64,000 nt of DNA from Nitrososphaeria archaeon (GCA_026413865.1 JAOAKB010000002.1:18206-82205); one strand, 5' to 3'. Positions 47,856 through 58,797 are shown, counted from the stretch's first letter. Numbers and translations: made by a program. Notes: generated by a model from the sequence alone, not told the origin.

Positions 47856-50282
47856 TTAGGAAGTGGTTTCTTCAGAACCTAATTCTTCTTCCTCTTCTTC
47901 AACTACTTTTCTTGACCGTCTCCTTAGTATAAAGAAAACTGCAATTAAGACAATTACAACTATGATCGGTATTATTACAAACGGTTCAAGCAATATCGCG
48001 TAAGGTGGAGGTGGTGGAGGGGTTGTAGTGGTTGTAGTTGTAACTTGTTCTGAATACGGTATCCCCCAAATAAGTGTTTTATTAGATATTGTTCCAACCC
48101 CTTGAATGGTTGCTGAAACTTCTATCACATTTTCCCTTTCTTGGACATAGAGTAGGTTGTTGGAGCTACCATCAGACTTTGTTACAGTTTGAGTTTGCTG
48201 AAGACCCATACCTTTCCATTTTATGGTGAGACCGCCATATGGCCTATTGTTTACTATGGCTTGAACTTCGATTATAATATTTTCACCAGCTTTTGCTGAA
48301 GCAACAGACCTAATGTTTAATGATGCAGTATAAGTATATGGTGTTAAATGAATTGATGAAGTTGTGAAACCGTCTGCTACAAATGAAATGTAACTACTTC
48401 CTGGCGCATTAGCATTCGCGAACAGTATGACTTCAGCATTTTCTGGTCCAAGACTTACTTCAGAGACTACAGATATAGCAGTAGCATTACTTGAAGCAAC
48501 TTTTATAGTGAATGATTCGCCTACTACACCAGGACTTCCTGTTGAAGTTAATAATTGAACAGATATTGGGAACCGTAGTGTAGTTAATGGTGTTATTGTT
48601 GTAACAAAGAAAGTTGACGCTCTAACCACATGTACTGTTGAAGTTATACTACCAGAGGGAATACCACTTGCGGATGCTGTAAGGAAAAAGTTTCCAGGGG
48701 ACTTGCCCCAGATTTTGAAAATCTGATAATAGCTCTTCTTTTGCAGCACCACATTTTCTTCTACACCAACAACTTTAGTGTCTGATGGAGAAAGTAGAAC
48801 AGGAGTATTTTGCTGAACAGGAGCGGGTAAACCTGAACTTGATGTTAAAATGCATGCTTCAACTTCACCACCTGAGGGTATAGGTGGAATAATTATAGTT
48901 GTTGTAGAAGGAACAGGTGAGTAAACATTAACTGTGCAACTTCCCTTGACTAAATCTGATGTCACAGCTGTTATTTCTACTTGGCCATATGCCTTTGGAA
49001 TGCCCTTAACATATTCAATAGACCTATTTGCACCTACTATGATCTGATTTTCTGTAGAAAAGACATCGGAATAGGAGGAGAAAACATTAACTATTATAGA
49101 GTTATTTGCTTTACATGGTTTGCCAGCTTTGTCTAAGAGTTGCACCATTAAAGCTGTATACTCTTTTTCGTCAGAAGGAAACATTTGAGCAAGAGAATAA
49201 ACTGTTATTGCATAAGGTTTGCCAGTATTATTTATTACTTCTATGTCAACGCTGGCAGTTATAAGATTTGCAGAAGAAGCATATATTGTGGCCCTGCCTG
49301 TATTGTTAACGTAAACACGTGCTAAAGTGTACCATTCTTCACTACCAATTACAGCTTCTGGTTCTATTATAACAACAGACCTATTACTTGAATAAAGTTT
49401 TATTGAAGCAGGATAGGGTACCTTTGCTGGCATAAGGTTTTGGTCAACTATGGCAACTGGAATGGAAAGATTTTCACGTGCACATAAAAGTTGAGGTAAC
49501 ATTATGTAAAGCTTTTCAGGTTTTGCACCTGAAACTCTTAAAGTCATAGAATCTGGCATAAGGTCAGCACATGATGCAGTAATAGTAGTGCTGCCTATGA
49601 AACCTTTAGCGATAGCCTTACCTTGGGCGGAGAAACTACCTTTAGGTATTTTGATCGACTCTTCTTCTATATAGGCGATTTGATTATTTGATGATGATAG
49701 AGAAACCGTTAGATCGGTTCTAGCCTTTGTAGGATTGCCATAAGAGTCAACAAGAGTAACAACCACCTTTGATTCAGCTCCAACAGACGGAGCAAGAATA
49801 TCTGGAAGCAAAGTCACCTTTAGAGCTTTAGGTGTACCTGCAAGCGGTTCAGCAACCATGTTGATAACAGAGGATCTAAAACCTGTTGCGGTAGCAGAAA
49901 CCTCGACAGTCCTACTTTCAGACACATTACTTGTCGCATTAACTATCACATAATAATTCCCACTGTTTATAACAACCCTCTTTGGAACTCTTAAAATATT
50001 ATCATCTGAACTAGACAATATGACTTCTACAGGATTCCTTAAAAGATAGGGGTTTCCTTCCTTATCAACAACTGAAACAAAGAATGCTGGATGAGGCTTT
50101 CCATCTGCTGGAACAGACTTTAATGCTGGAGTTAAAACTAATGATAGAGGTTCTTCTTGTGCAAAAACATTAGTGAATGATAAAACTGGAAAAACTAAGA
50201 ACATAATTGTTGTAACAGCCAAAAGATGTTTGTAAAAAACACGCCTTTTACTAAAATTGCAAGTTATAATTTCCATCAACAT
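47856..50282 (-). CDS. Cell-surface protein with tandem Ig-like repeats, Thr/Pro linker and C-terminal TM anchor
   Basis: Signal peptide, recurring V.hhD..G.P motif, TTTTTTTPPPPPP, TM helix, RRRSRK. Confidence 0.75.
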   Translation of the reverse strand: MLMEIITCNFSKRRVFYKHLLAVTTIMFLVFPVLSFTNVFAQEEPLSLVLTPALKSVPADGKPHPAFFVSVVDKEGNPYLLRNPVEVILSSSDDNILRVPKRVVINSGNYYVIVNATSNVSESRTVEVSATATGFRSSVINMVAEPLAGTPKALKVTLLPDILAPSVGAESKVVVTLVDSYGNPTKARTDLTVSLSSSNNQIAYIEEESIKIPKGSFSAQGKAIAKGFIGSTTITASCADLMPDSMTLRVSGAKPEKLYIMLPQLLCARENLSIPVAIVDQNLMPAKVPYPASIKLYSSNRSVVIIEPEAVIGSEEWYTLARVYVNNTGRATIYASSANLITASVDIEVINNTGKPYAITVYSLAQMFPSDEKEYTALMVQLLDKAGKPCKANNSIIVNVFSSYSDVFSTENQIIVGANRSIEYVKGIPKAYGQVEITAVTSDLVKGSCTVNVYSPVPSTTTIIIPPIPSGGEVEACILTSSSGLPAPVQQNTPVLLSPSDTKVVGVEENVVLQKKSYYQIFKIWGKSPGNFFLTASASGIPSGSITSTVHVVRASTFFVTTITPLTTLRFPISVQLLTSTGSPGVVGESFTIKVASSNATAISVVSEVSLGPENAEVILFANANAPGSSYISFVADGFTTSSIHLTPYTYTASLNIRSVASAKAGENIIIEVQAIVNNRPYGGLTIKWKGMGLQQTQTVTKSDGSSNNLLYVQERENVIEVSATIQGVGTISNKTLIWGIPYSEQVTTTTTTTPPPPPPYAILLEPFVIIPIIVVIVLIAVFFILRRRSRKVVEEEEEELGSEETTS

Positions 50283-50538
50283 TAATCCAGTTAATTAAGA
50301 ATATGATATTAATAAAGTTAACGGTGAGAAAGGACTACAAATCAAAAACTTAAAATATAAGAAAAAGGAAATAGCTTAATATTAACTTCACATGATTTCA
50401 ACTTTGTTATAATTATCGCTGATAAAATTTATGCATTGAATAAGAAGAAAAATAATAGTCAATATTAATTTAATCAAAGAAGAATGGCATGAGATTAATA
50501 TTTATATAAGGTTTTTTTGAACCATTAAATATAAAAAA

Positions 50539-51660
50539 TTGCCTAACAGACGAGATTTTTTAAAAATTGGGACAGCATTTGGTGCAGGAGCTTTGGCAGG
50601 AGGAACAATCCAATACATTATTGGAAAAAGTGAAATTGATCAACTGAAAGAGTCTTTAAAAAGGTCAAATCTAGAAATTGAGCCAACAATTAACATCTAC
50701 AACTGGTATGATTACATAGCTCCAGGTTTATGTGACGATTTTAGTGATGAATATGGTGTTGATTTAAGGTATACGACTTACAGTAATCCTGATGAGATGT
50801 TTGCTAAAGTTAGGGCAGGCGGCTCAGGCTTTGATGTCGTTGTTGCTTCAGACTATAAAGTTGGGGAAATGATTCAACAGAATCTACTTCAGAAACTCGA
50901 TTATACTAAAATAAAACATTTCAAATTTGTTAATGATAAATTTCGTAATCCACCATTTGATCAAAAACAAGAATATTCTGTTCCATACTTGTGGGGTACA
51001 ACTGGAATAGGATACAACAAAAATATTGTAAAAGAAGATTTTGAGGGCTTCGAAATAATATTTGATGAATCAAGGATATCAAAGTATAACAAGAAAGTGG
51101 TATTAGTCGATGAAATGAGAGAAGTTTTTGCAGCAGCGCTAAAGTATCTTGGCTACAGTATAAACGATACTAATGAAGATCACTTAAATCAGGCTAAAGA
51201 AGTAATATTAAAGATTAAACCATATCTTCTAAAATTTTCTGCGGAACAGATTAAGGAACTCTTGATATCTGGTGACGCCGTTTTGGCCTTAGGCTACAGT
51301 ACGGACATATACCTTGCATCATATCAAAATGAGAGTATAGCATATAAAATAGCTGGAGAAGGAGGAACACTTTGGATGGATAATTTTGTACTCTTAAATG
51401 AATCAAAAAATGTGAACATATCACACAAATTTATAGACTACATGCTTAGACCGTCAATTGCCGCAATAAATAGCAACTATCTCTTTATAGCAAATCCATG
51501 CAAAATAACAGTTGATAGAGGATACGTTTATCCTGAAATTGCTGAAGACCCAAACATATATCCATCAGACGAAGTAATGGATAGGCTTGAGATTCTCCGA
51601 CCCTTTACACAAGAAGAAAGAAATCTTATGGGTAAGCTTTGGTCGGAGATTAGGGCGTAA
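50539..51660 (+). CDS. potD: Polyamine ABC transporter substrate-binding protein with Tat signal
   Basis: NRRDFLK, IYNWYDYI, PYLWGTTGIGYN, EGGTLWMD. Confidence 0.9.
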   Translation: MPNRRDFLKIGTAFGAGALAGGTIQYIIGKSEIDQLKESLKRSNLEIEPTINIYNWYDYIAPGLCDDFSDEYGVDLRYTTYSNPDEMFAKVRAGGSGFDVVVASDYKVGEMIQQNLLQKLDYTKIKHFKFVNDKFRNPPFDQKQEYSVPYLWGTTGIGYNKNIVKEDFEGFEIIFDESRISKYNKKVVLVDEMREVFAAALKYLGYSINDTNEDHLNQAKEVILKIKPYLLKFSAEQIKELLISGDAVLALGYSTDIYLASYQNESIAYKIAGEGGTLWMDNFVLLNESKNVNISHKFIDYMLRPSIAAINSNYLFIANPCKITVDRGYVYPEIAEDPNIYPSDEVMDRLEILRPFTQEERNLMGKLWSEIRA

Positions 51661-52725
51661 ATGACCCGTGACCTTGAACTCATAAACTTGACAAAAAAGT
51701 ATGGTTCAATAATTGCAGTGGACAATATAAATCTCTACATTAAACCCGGAGAATTCTTTTCATTGCTTGGACCAAGTGGATGCGGAAAGTCTACAACATT
51801 AAGACTAGTATGTGGATTCGAGGAGCCGACTAAAGGTTTGATAAAAATTGGTGGAAACATTGTAAACGATATACCACCATATAAACGTAATGTTGGTATG
51901 GTCTTTCAATCACTTGCACTCTTTCCACATCTTACTGTGGGAGAAAATGTTGCCTTTGGACTAAAATTGAAGAAGCTGCCAAAGGATATAATACAGGAAA
52001 AGGTCATAAGAATGCTTGAATTAGTTGAATTACATGGATTCGAGAACAGGAAAATTAATGAACTAAGTGGTGGACAGAAACAGAGAGTTGCTCTTGCAAG
52101 AGCACTTGTAACTGAACCATCCATACTATGTTTAGATGAACCATTGGGTGCACTGGATTTAAAGCTTAGGCTTCAGATGCAGACTGAAATAAAGAGGATA
52201 CATGATAAGACAAAAAACACCTTTATTTATGTTACACATGATCAAGGAGAAGCTATGGCGATGTCTGATAGGATTGCGGTAATGAACAAAGGACATATAG
52301 AACAGGTTGGAACGCCTAGGGAAGTTTATGAACATCCACAAACAAAATTTGTGGCCCAATTTGTTGGAGAAAGTAATCTTCTAATGGGTAAATGCTTAGA
52401 TGGAAATAAGATCATAGTAAATGGTTTTGAATTAAAGGGGCTCTATCCCAAAGATTTCTTTAACAGAGAAGTGTATATAAGCATAAAACCTGAAAAAATT
52501 CTTGTAACAAAACACCATTATGTTAGAAAATTTGATAATTCTATTGAAGGAAAGATTGAGGAATATATTTACAGAGGAGATGATACAATCTACAAGATTT
52601 CAATAGGAGGACACTTCGAAATACTAGCAAGGGCACAGACTATAGGTGGACAATTTAATAAAGGAGAAAATGTTTTTGTAAACTGGAACATCGAAGATGC
52701 AATAATTTTGCCCAAAGAAGATTAG
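51661..52725 (+). CDS. potA: Polyamine ABC transporter ATPase
   Basis: GPSGCGKST, PPYKR, LSGGQKQR, DEPLGALD, TOBE tail. Confidence 0.9.
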   Translation: MTRDLELINLTKKYGSIIAVDNINLYIKPGEFFSLLGPSGCGKSTTLRLVCGFEEPTKGLIKIGGNIVNDIPPYKRNVGMVFQSLALFPHLTVGENVAFGLKLKKLPKDIIQEKVIRMLELVELHGFENRKINELSGGQKQRVALARALVTEPSILCLDEPLGALDLKLRLQMQTEIKRIHDKTKNTFIYVTHDQGEAMAMSDRIAVMNKGHIEQVGTPREVYEHPQTKFVAQFVGESNLLMGKCLDGNKIIVNGFELKGLYPKDFFNREVYISIKPEKILVTKHHYVRKFDNSIEGKIEEYIYRGDDTIYKISIGGHFEILARAQTIGGQFNKGENVFVNWNIEDAIILPKED

Positions 52726-52770
52726 AAATTAAAATTAAGTTTATATTTTATAGTATGACCACCCAAGCGC

Positions 52771-53001
52771 ATGCCATCAACATATATATTAATAAACGCT
52801 GATTCAGGCTATGAAAAGAAACTTTTGAAACAACTTAGGGAGATAGAGAACGTTAAAGAGGCTTTTTTAGTCTATGGAACATTTGATATAATAGCTAAGG
52901 TCTATACAGAATCTTTAGAAGAATTAAGGGAACTTATTTCTTCAAAAATTAGGAAACTGGATAATGTCGTGTCAACAATGACACTCATTGTAGCTGACTA
53001 A
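52771..53001 (+). CDS. Stand-alone Lrp/AsnC ligand-binding (RAM) domain protein
   Basis: YILIN...G.E, VYGTFDIIAKV, IRKLDNV.STMTLIV. No HTH. Confidence 0.88.
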   Translation: MPSTYILINADSGYEKKLLKQLREIENVKEAFLVYGTFDIIAKVYTESLEELRELISSKIRKLDNVVSTMTLIVAD

Positions 53002-53005
53002 AAAT

Positions 53006-53803
53006 TTAACTTCTACTTGAAATCCAGTAACTTATGAAAGCTAACGTTCCAGAAATAATTAATGTTATTGTAGCAATAGCATTTATCTCGGGAGAAACAC
53101 CTGACTTTATTTTCGAGAAGATTAGCATCGGTAATGTTATTATACCAGAACCTGTTGTGAAAGACGCTTTTATTAGGTCATCGAAAGATTGTGTAAAAGC
53201 TAACAACGAGCCCGCTAAAATTCCAGGTGCAATTATCGGTAAAGTAACTTTTGTAAAAGTCTGGAATGGAGTCGCACCTAAACTTAAAGCAGCCTCCTCT
53301 AATGAACGATCATAATCTGAAAGCCTAGCTCTAACAACAGTAAAAACATAAGCAATACAGAATGTTGCATGACCAATTATAATAGTATTTAAGCCAAGTT
53401 TTATATTAAAAAGTACATAGAAAAGCAGAAGCGATAAAGCTTCAGTAATTTCAGGTATTATTATTGGAACAAGCATCATGATATAAAATAGGTTTTTGCC
53501 TTTTATATCATATCTGACCAAAGCGTATGCGGAAATTGTTCCTAAAACCGCTGAAATAAATGATGTCACAATCCCAATGAATGTACTATTGCCTAATGCA
53601 TTCCAAATTTCAGGAGTTCTAAAAAGTTTATCATACCATTCAAGAGAAAAGCCCTTCCATATTACTGTAGAACCAATTCTTCTACCACCCATCGTTATAC
53701 CCTCATTAAACGAAAAAAGTACGAGGATAGCAATAGGCGCATACAATATGATAAAAATTATTACCAGATAAGCCTTTAAAAACTTATCAAATATTCGTTT
53801 CAA
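53006..53803 (-). CDS. potC: Polyamine ABC permease
   Basis: LYAPI..L.LFSFN, FSLEWY, LEEAA..LGA, SFDD, SPEINA. Confidence 0.9.
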   Translation of the reverse strand: MKRIFDKFLKAYLVIIFIILYAPIAILVLFSFNEGITMGGRRIGSTVIWKGFSLEWYDKLFRTPEIWNALGNSTFIGIVTSFISAVLGTISAYALVRYDIKGKNLFYIMMLVPIIIPEITEALSLLLFYVLFNIKLGLNTIIIGHATFCIAYVFTVVRARLSDYDRSLEEAALSLGATPFQTFTKVTLPIIAPGILAGSLLAFTQSFDDLIKASFTTGSGIITLPMLIFSKIKSGVSPEINAIATITLIISGTLAFISYWISSRS

Positions 53804-54675
53804 AGACCCAATTCAACCTCCTTCGCAAAATACTTAATATACAATATTGTTATGAATAGGACTAAAATTATTAACACTATAGATAAAGCTGAACCTAATG
53901 GGTAGTTGCCCATAGTCAAAAATATTATCCATAAGTGATTACCAATCATATACCATTCTATGCCACCCAAAAGTTCGGGCACTAAAAATTCTCCAACAGC
54001 AGGAATAAATACTAGTATAGAGCCAGCAAAAATACCAGGCATAGTTAAAGGCAATGTAACTTTAAAAAACACATTTATTGGTGATGCACCCAAACTTTGA
54101 GCGGCTTCAAGATATTGAGGATTTAACTTTTCAGCGGAAGCGTAGATAGGGAGGACCATCATTGGTAAGTAATTATAGACCATACCAAAAACTACAGAAT
54201 ACCAAGCATATAGCCATTGAGGCTTATCGCCAACGAAACCCAAGAAGGTCAATATTTGATTAAATATGCCATTGGTGCTAAAGATTGAGATTATAGAATA
54301 TGTTCTCGCTACAAAACTTAGCCAGAATGGAATTATTATTAACATAATGAGTAGATTTTGATATTTTTTTTCTTTAAAACCAATATAGTATCCTATAGGG
54401 TAGCCTAATATTAGACAAAAGATTGTAGAAATTGATGCTACAGCCAAAGTTCTTAATATTGTCTTAGTAAATTCAGGAGTCAAAATATTAAAGTAATTTT
54501 GTATTGTGAACTCAAAAGTTATTCGACCAAAAGCGTCAATTTTAGAAAAACTGTATACAAAGACTATAATTAATGGGATTATAAAAAAAAGTAGTTCGAA
54601 AATGAAAGCTGGAACTATTAGAAAGTATCCCTTCAATCTTTTTAAACTTAGTTTAGCATTAGAGTCTGAAAGCAT
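53800..54675 (-). CDS. potB: Polyamine ABC permease
   Basis: FTIQNY, LGYP, IPFW.S...R.Y, YLP.MVLP, EAA..LGA. Confidence 0.9.
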   Translation of the reverse strand: MLSDSNAKLSLKRLKGYFLIVPAFIFELLFFIIPLIIVFVYSFSKIDAFGRITFEFTIQNYFNILTPEFTKTILRTLAVASISTIFCLILGYPIGYYIGFKEKKYQNLLIMLIIIPFWLSFVARTYSIISIFSTNGIFNQILTFLGFVGDKPQWLYAWYSVVFGMVYNYLPMMVLPIYASAEKLNPQYLEAAQSLGASPINVFFKVTLPLTMPGIFAGSILVFIPAVGEFLVPELLGGIEWYMIGNHLWIIFLTMGNYPLGSALSIVLIILVLFITILYIKYFAKEVELGL

Positions 54676-54723
54676 TCTTATACAAAAAGGATTATTTGAG
54701 CAATTTAAAAACTTAATCTCATT

Positions 54724-55698
54724 TTAGCCTTGAGTAAATATATAGTCTCTTACCCTTTTTTCGTCAACTTCAACTAGTACACCCCTCAGTACACCAATAT
54801 TATATTCGCTTCCAGGATTAAAAACAAGAGTTGAACCAATCCTATCAACACCTCTTGATTCATGTATATGGCCATGAAAACTTATTTTTGGCTGAAACTT
54901 TTCAATAGCCTTTCTTACAGAAATGCTACCTACATGGACCATTTCATACTCTCCTCCAGGTTTAAGTATAGGCTTTAATTCATCATCCAACTTTGGAGCT
55001 AAATCTATATGTGTTCCATAAGGTGGAACATGAATATTAAAAATAAGTTGCTCGCCAAGATTTCCATTCAAAAGGGCTTCAATTTTTGCTAAAATATCTT
55101 CTTCAGACAAATCTCTTGGACAATGCCATGGAGTAATATTTGATACGCCTAAAGAAAAAAGTTTATAGTTCTGGTCCACTTCAATAACTTTTTCATCTGG
55201 ATTAATAATATATTTTGATTCTAAAAGTATTTTATCCACAATATAGGAATCATCATTACCAGGCATTATAAAGAATTTAGTATCATTCATTTTTTCTAAA
55301 ATGTCGTCAGCCATTTTTATCCAAGAATAAAGGGATTCTTTAATAAGTTCCTCAAAAACAGTTTCTGCGAACTTCATGTTTTCTTTTAATTCAATAGCGC
55401 CTCTTTCGTCAGTAACATAGGGATAGAAGCCTATAGCACGAATCTTTTCTTTTAAACTATTCAATTTATCAATACTGTTTATATTAATTTTTTCACCAAG
55501 AAAATATGTTTCAAAAGAACCGTTACCTTTAGAAATTATGGGTATTAGAGCTTTTCCAGTAATATCGCCACCAACAATGACCAAATTGGCTTTATACACC
55601 TTTGGAACCATTAACAACTTTTTAAAACAACTATCACTACCATGTATGTCTGATGAAAAAAATATGCGGAGTTTTCTAGTTTTTCCTAATGAGAACAT
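54724..55698 (-). CDS. Icc-like metallophosphoesterase
   Basis: SDIHG, GGDITG, PGNDD, HVPP, HGHIHES, NPGS. Confidence 0.88.
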   Translation of the reverse strand: MFSLGKTRKLRIFFSSDIHGSDSCFKKLLMVPKVYKANLVIVGGDITGKALIPIISKGNGSFETYFLGEKININSIDKLNSLKEKIRAIGFYPYVTDERGAIELKENMKFAETVFEELIKESLYSWIKMADDILEKMNDTKFFIMPGNDDSYIVDKILLESKYIINPDEKVIEVDQNYKLFSLGVSNITPWHCPRDLSEEDILAKIEALLNGNLGEQLIFNIHVPPYGTHIDLAPKLDDELKPILKPGGEYEMVHVGSISVRKAIEKFQPKISFHGHIHESRGVDRIGSTLVFNPGSEYNIGVLRGVLVEVDEKRVRDYIFTQG

Positions 55699-55710
55699 CT
55701 TCTGGCCCCA

Positions 55711-57279
55711 TCATGCAGGTGGAAACTCTTTGAAAGCAAGTTCAAGTGGAATACCTTTGATTCTGTGGTATACTGAGCTTATAACATAAATTATTATTCC
55801 AACAACATATATGCCTATTAAGAATATAACAGCATCAGGAGTAAGGCCTGAGACAGCAGGTTCTGTTCCGACCCACGCAAGCCAGATTGATAGTATAGCA
55901 CTTAATGTTGCAAGAATCACTAAAAGAGGTACACCCAAAACCTTTTTTCTCACAACAGCTGGAGCCAGTTCAAGAAGTTCCTTACGTTTATAGGGTAAAA
56001 TTATTCCCGCAAGTGAGGCCACAAATGTCATTATACCCCATCCAAGGACAACGAAGACAAAATAGCTTAGCAATGGTGTAAAAAGCCAAAGGTACTGGGC
56101 TATAATTGCAACAACAGTTACAGTAATTAAAGCAGTATATGGTGTACCATATTTTTGATCAACTTTTGAGAGGAACTGTGGTACAATTCTATCAAAAGAC
56201 CATGCAAAAAGAAGCCTTACTGTGGTAAAGATATAGACTAAGATTGCTGAGAGTGTCATGGCAGCAAATCCGCAGACTATGAGAGTATATACAGGGAGAG
56301 AGACAGCACTCCTTGCCAGTATATGGAAGAATGGAAGTGTTTCACCTAATGGATAGTTGTCTGGGCTATTAACGAGTAAATACGCTAAGGATGCGACAAA
56401 ATTTGCGCCCATACCATTGTAAGTTGCATCATAAATAATGTAAGTAATTAAACCAAAAACGAGTACAGCACCAATTATAGCAATCAACTGAGACCTTTTA
56501 ACTTCTTTAATTTCTCCAGCGAGATATACTGAATTGTTAAATCCTAGAAAGTTGAGAATTGTGAACATTACACCTGAAAATGTTGCCGAAATAAGGAAAG
56601 TTTCAGGCATACCATTAGCAAGGGCTGTTGAGATTACATTGTTTGAATCAAAATTATATGCTGAAGCTACTGAAGACTGGAAATAGGAAGGGGACATTGT
56701 ATAGAAAGAGATAGCATACGCTATTACACCAGCACATATGATTAAAAAGAAGACCCAAAAAGCATACTTTGTCACTCTTACACCTCTAGACATGAGTAAG
56801 GCTATTAGAATATAGAATATTGCGGCGATTAAGAACATGTTCCAAGGATCATTAACCCAAGAGACAGCATCAAACATGCCGTAGGCTTCAAATAATGGAG
56901 AAAGAGCATACTGTGTAAACCATGGAACATAGGAGCCTGCAACAGATAATAGGGTTATAAACAGGAAGAAGTTTATTGCAAAACCAATTGATGGGTGAAT
57001 CAGCCTACTAACCCAGATGTAGTCTCCACCAGTCCTTGGCATTATAATTGACATGTAGGCATAATATAATCCGATAATAATACTGATTGCCATTGCAAGA
57101 AAGACTGTTGTTGGTAGGTGTACACCGGGAAAGATGCCAAGAGCCCAAACACCATAGACGTATACAGCTGTAGGAGCCATAATTAGAACATTGTAAACAA
57201 GGGCATCCCATGCTGAAATCTCTTTTACGAGGCCAGAAGAACGTCTAACATACATTTGAAGTTCGCTAGACGAACCCAT
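55711..57279 (-). CDS. APC-family amino acid/amine permease
   Basis: RRSSGLVKE, MPRTGGDY.WVSR, AGEIK, R..FAWSFD, FKEFPP. Confidence 0.9.
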   Translation of the reverse strand: MGSSSELQMYVRRSSGLVKEISAWDALVYNVLIMAPTAVYVYGVWALGIFPGVHLPTTVFLAMAISIIIGLYYAYMSIIMPRTGGDYIWVSRLIHPSIGFAINFFLFITLLSVAGSYVPWFTQYALSPLFEAYGMFDAVSWVNDPWNMFLIAAIFYILIALLMSRGVRVTKYAFWVFFLIICAGVIAYAISFYTMSPSYFQSSVASAYNFDSNNVISTALANGMPETFLISATFSGVMFTILNFLGFNNSVYLAGEIKEVKRSQLIAIIGAVLVFGLITYIIYDATYNGMGANFVASLAYLLVNSPDNYPLGETLPFFHILARSAVSLPVYTLIVCGFAAMTLSAILVYIFTTVRLLFAWSFDRIVPQFLSKVDQKYGTPYTALITVTVVAIIAQYLWLFTPLLSYFVFVVLGWGIMTFVASLAGIILPYKRKELLELAPAVVRKKVLGVPLLVILATLSAILSIWLAWVGTEPAVSGLTPDAVIFLIGIYVVGIIIYVISSVYHRIKGIPLELAFKEFPPA

Positions 57280-57345
57280 ATGTATCGTAAACCTCTTCAA
57301 TTATTAAATTAATAAGTGTTTCTTTTAAAATTAGTTCTTAAAAGA

Positions 57346-58248
57346 TTATTTGATGCCCAGAAAATCTTCAAATTTAACAAAATCTTTGGAAATTTCGGCT
57401 CTAACACCCTTTTTAGGATCAACTAACTGATTTATCCTCAAATTAACTATTAAGCTTCCAAGCATATAAGCTTCTTCAAAACTAAGTTTATGTGAAATCA
57501 TTAATGTCTCAACTGCATATTCGGTAGCAGCACGTATTGCCTCATCTATTGTATTGCCAAATGCCAATATTGCTATAATATCTTTATTTTCTAGAATAGG
57601 GAATCTTGGTTGCCTTTTCTTTATCAAATTAATTCTTACAAGTACTTCTCCAGAGGTTTCAGCTGCAGAAACACAGAGTTCCCCGTCAGCCTGCACAGCA
57701 TGAAGGTCCCCAAGGGCTAAAAGAGCACCTTCCACTGTTACTGGAAGATATAGTATTGAACCTGCATTTAATATAGGAACATCCATATTACCTCCATGCC
57801 GACCCAAATCACCACATGGAATCTCATCATATGCTGGTGCAACACCTATTGTACCTATCATTGGATTTGATTTTATTCTTAATGAACTAAAATTGGTAGT
57901 GTATTTACTAGTCTTTAACATCTTTATTTTGGAGGAAAATTTTAGGTTAGAAAGTACTCCATTACCTGGAACTGTTACTAGAAAAGCTTTATCATCCACA
58001 CTAATATCAAGTATTTCAACTGCTAATGTGTCACCTGGTTCTGCACCTTTAACGTAAAGTGGGCCTGTAGCACCATTTACTCGACTCCAGTCAATGGCAC
58101 TTATTGAATCATTTTCATTTCTAATTTGTCCGCCTAAACAGTCTATTGTTTCAAAAATAATCAAGTCACCTGGTGAGGCAGTTTCTACAGGCTTATTTTT
58201 TGCACTAAATTTGTATATAACATTTGTTTTACTAATACGTTTAACCAT
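57346..58248 (-). CDS. Acetamidase/formamidase family protein
   Basis: NGATGP..V.GAEPGD, PMIGTIGVAP, HGGNMD, GDLHA.Q.DGE. Confidence 0.9.
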   Translation of the reverse strand: MVKRISKTNVIYKFSAKNKPVETASPGDLIIFETIDCLGGQIRNENDSISAIDWSRVNGATGPLYVKGAEPGDTLAVEILDISVDDKAFLVTVPGNGVLSNLKFSSKIKMLKTSKYTTNFSSLRIKSNPMIGTIGVAPAYDEIPCGDLGRHGGNMDVPILNAGSILYLPVTVEGALLALGDLHAVQADGELCVSAAETSGEVLVRINLIKKRQPRFPILENKDIIAILAFGNTIDEAIRAATEYAVETLMISHKLSFEEAYMLGSLIVNLRINQLVDPKKGVRAEISKDFVKFEDFLGIK

Positions 58249-58344
58249 CTACATCCACTATAGAGACATCCAATTTTTAGGTCTATATAAGTTTATAAAA
58301 ACCTTCTTAAATTTTAAATAATTTTGGTAAAATATGAATATAGT

Positions 58345-58797
58345 ATGGATTTAGAGAAATTTTTAAAAGAAAATGGGCTATGGTACAGGTTTATTGAGAA
58401 GACTGAGACAATACATACTGCTGATGCTGCGAAGGTTGCTGGAATCGAATTAAATAGGCTCACTAAGAATCTTGTATCAAAAACTGATAAAGGAGAATAT
58501 GTTCTACTAATTGTTCCAGGAAATAAGAAGGTTGACCTTGATAAGGCTGCCAAAGTTCTTGGTGCAAAGAAAGTACGTCTTGTACCCTTTGATCAAGCTG
58601 AAAATGTAAGCGGATACCCTCCAGGAGGAACACCATCAATAGGACATAAAATACCAATGAAAATTATAATGGATAAAAGTCTACTTCTATATAAAACAGT
58701 ATTTTGTGGTGGCGGTTCTAGAACAAAGCTTCTAGAGTTAAATACAGAGGACATAGTTCGTGTAGGACAAGCAATTGTTGCAGATATTTCAGCCTAG
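58345..58797 (+). CDS. YbaK/ProX aminoacyl-tRNA deacylase family
   Basis: T..AA, KNL, GY.PGG..SIG, CGGG. Confidence 0.9.
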   Translation: MDLEKFLKENGLWYRFIEKTETIHTADAAKVAGIELNRLTKNLVSKTDKGEYVLLIVPGNKKVDLDKAAKVLGAKKVRLVPFDQAENVSGYPPGGTPSIGHKIPMKIIMDKSLLLYKTVFCGGGSRTKLLELNTEDIVRVGQAIVADISA

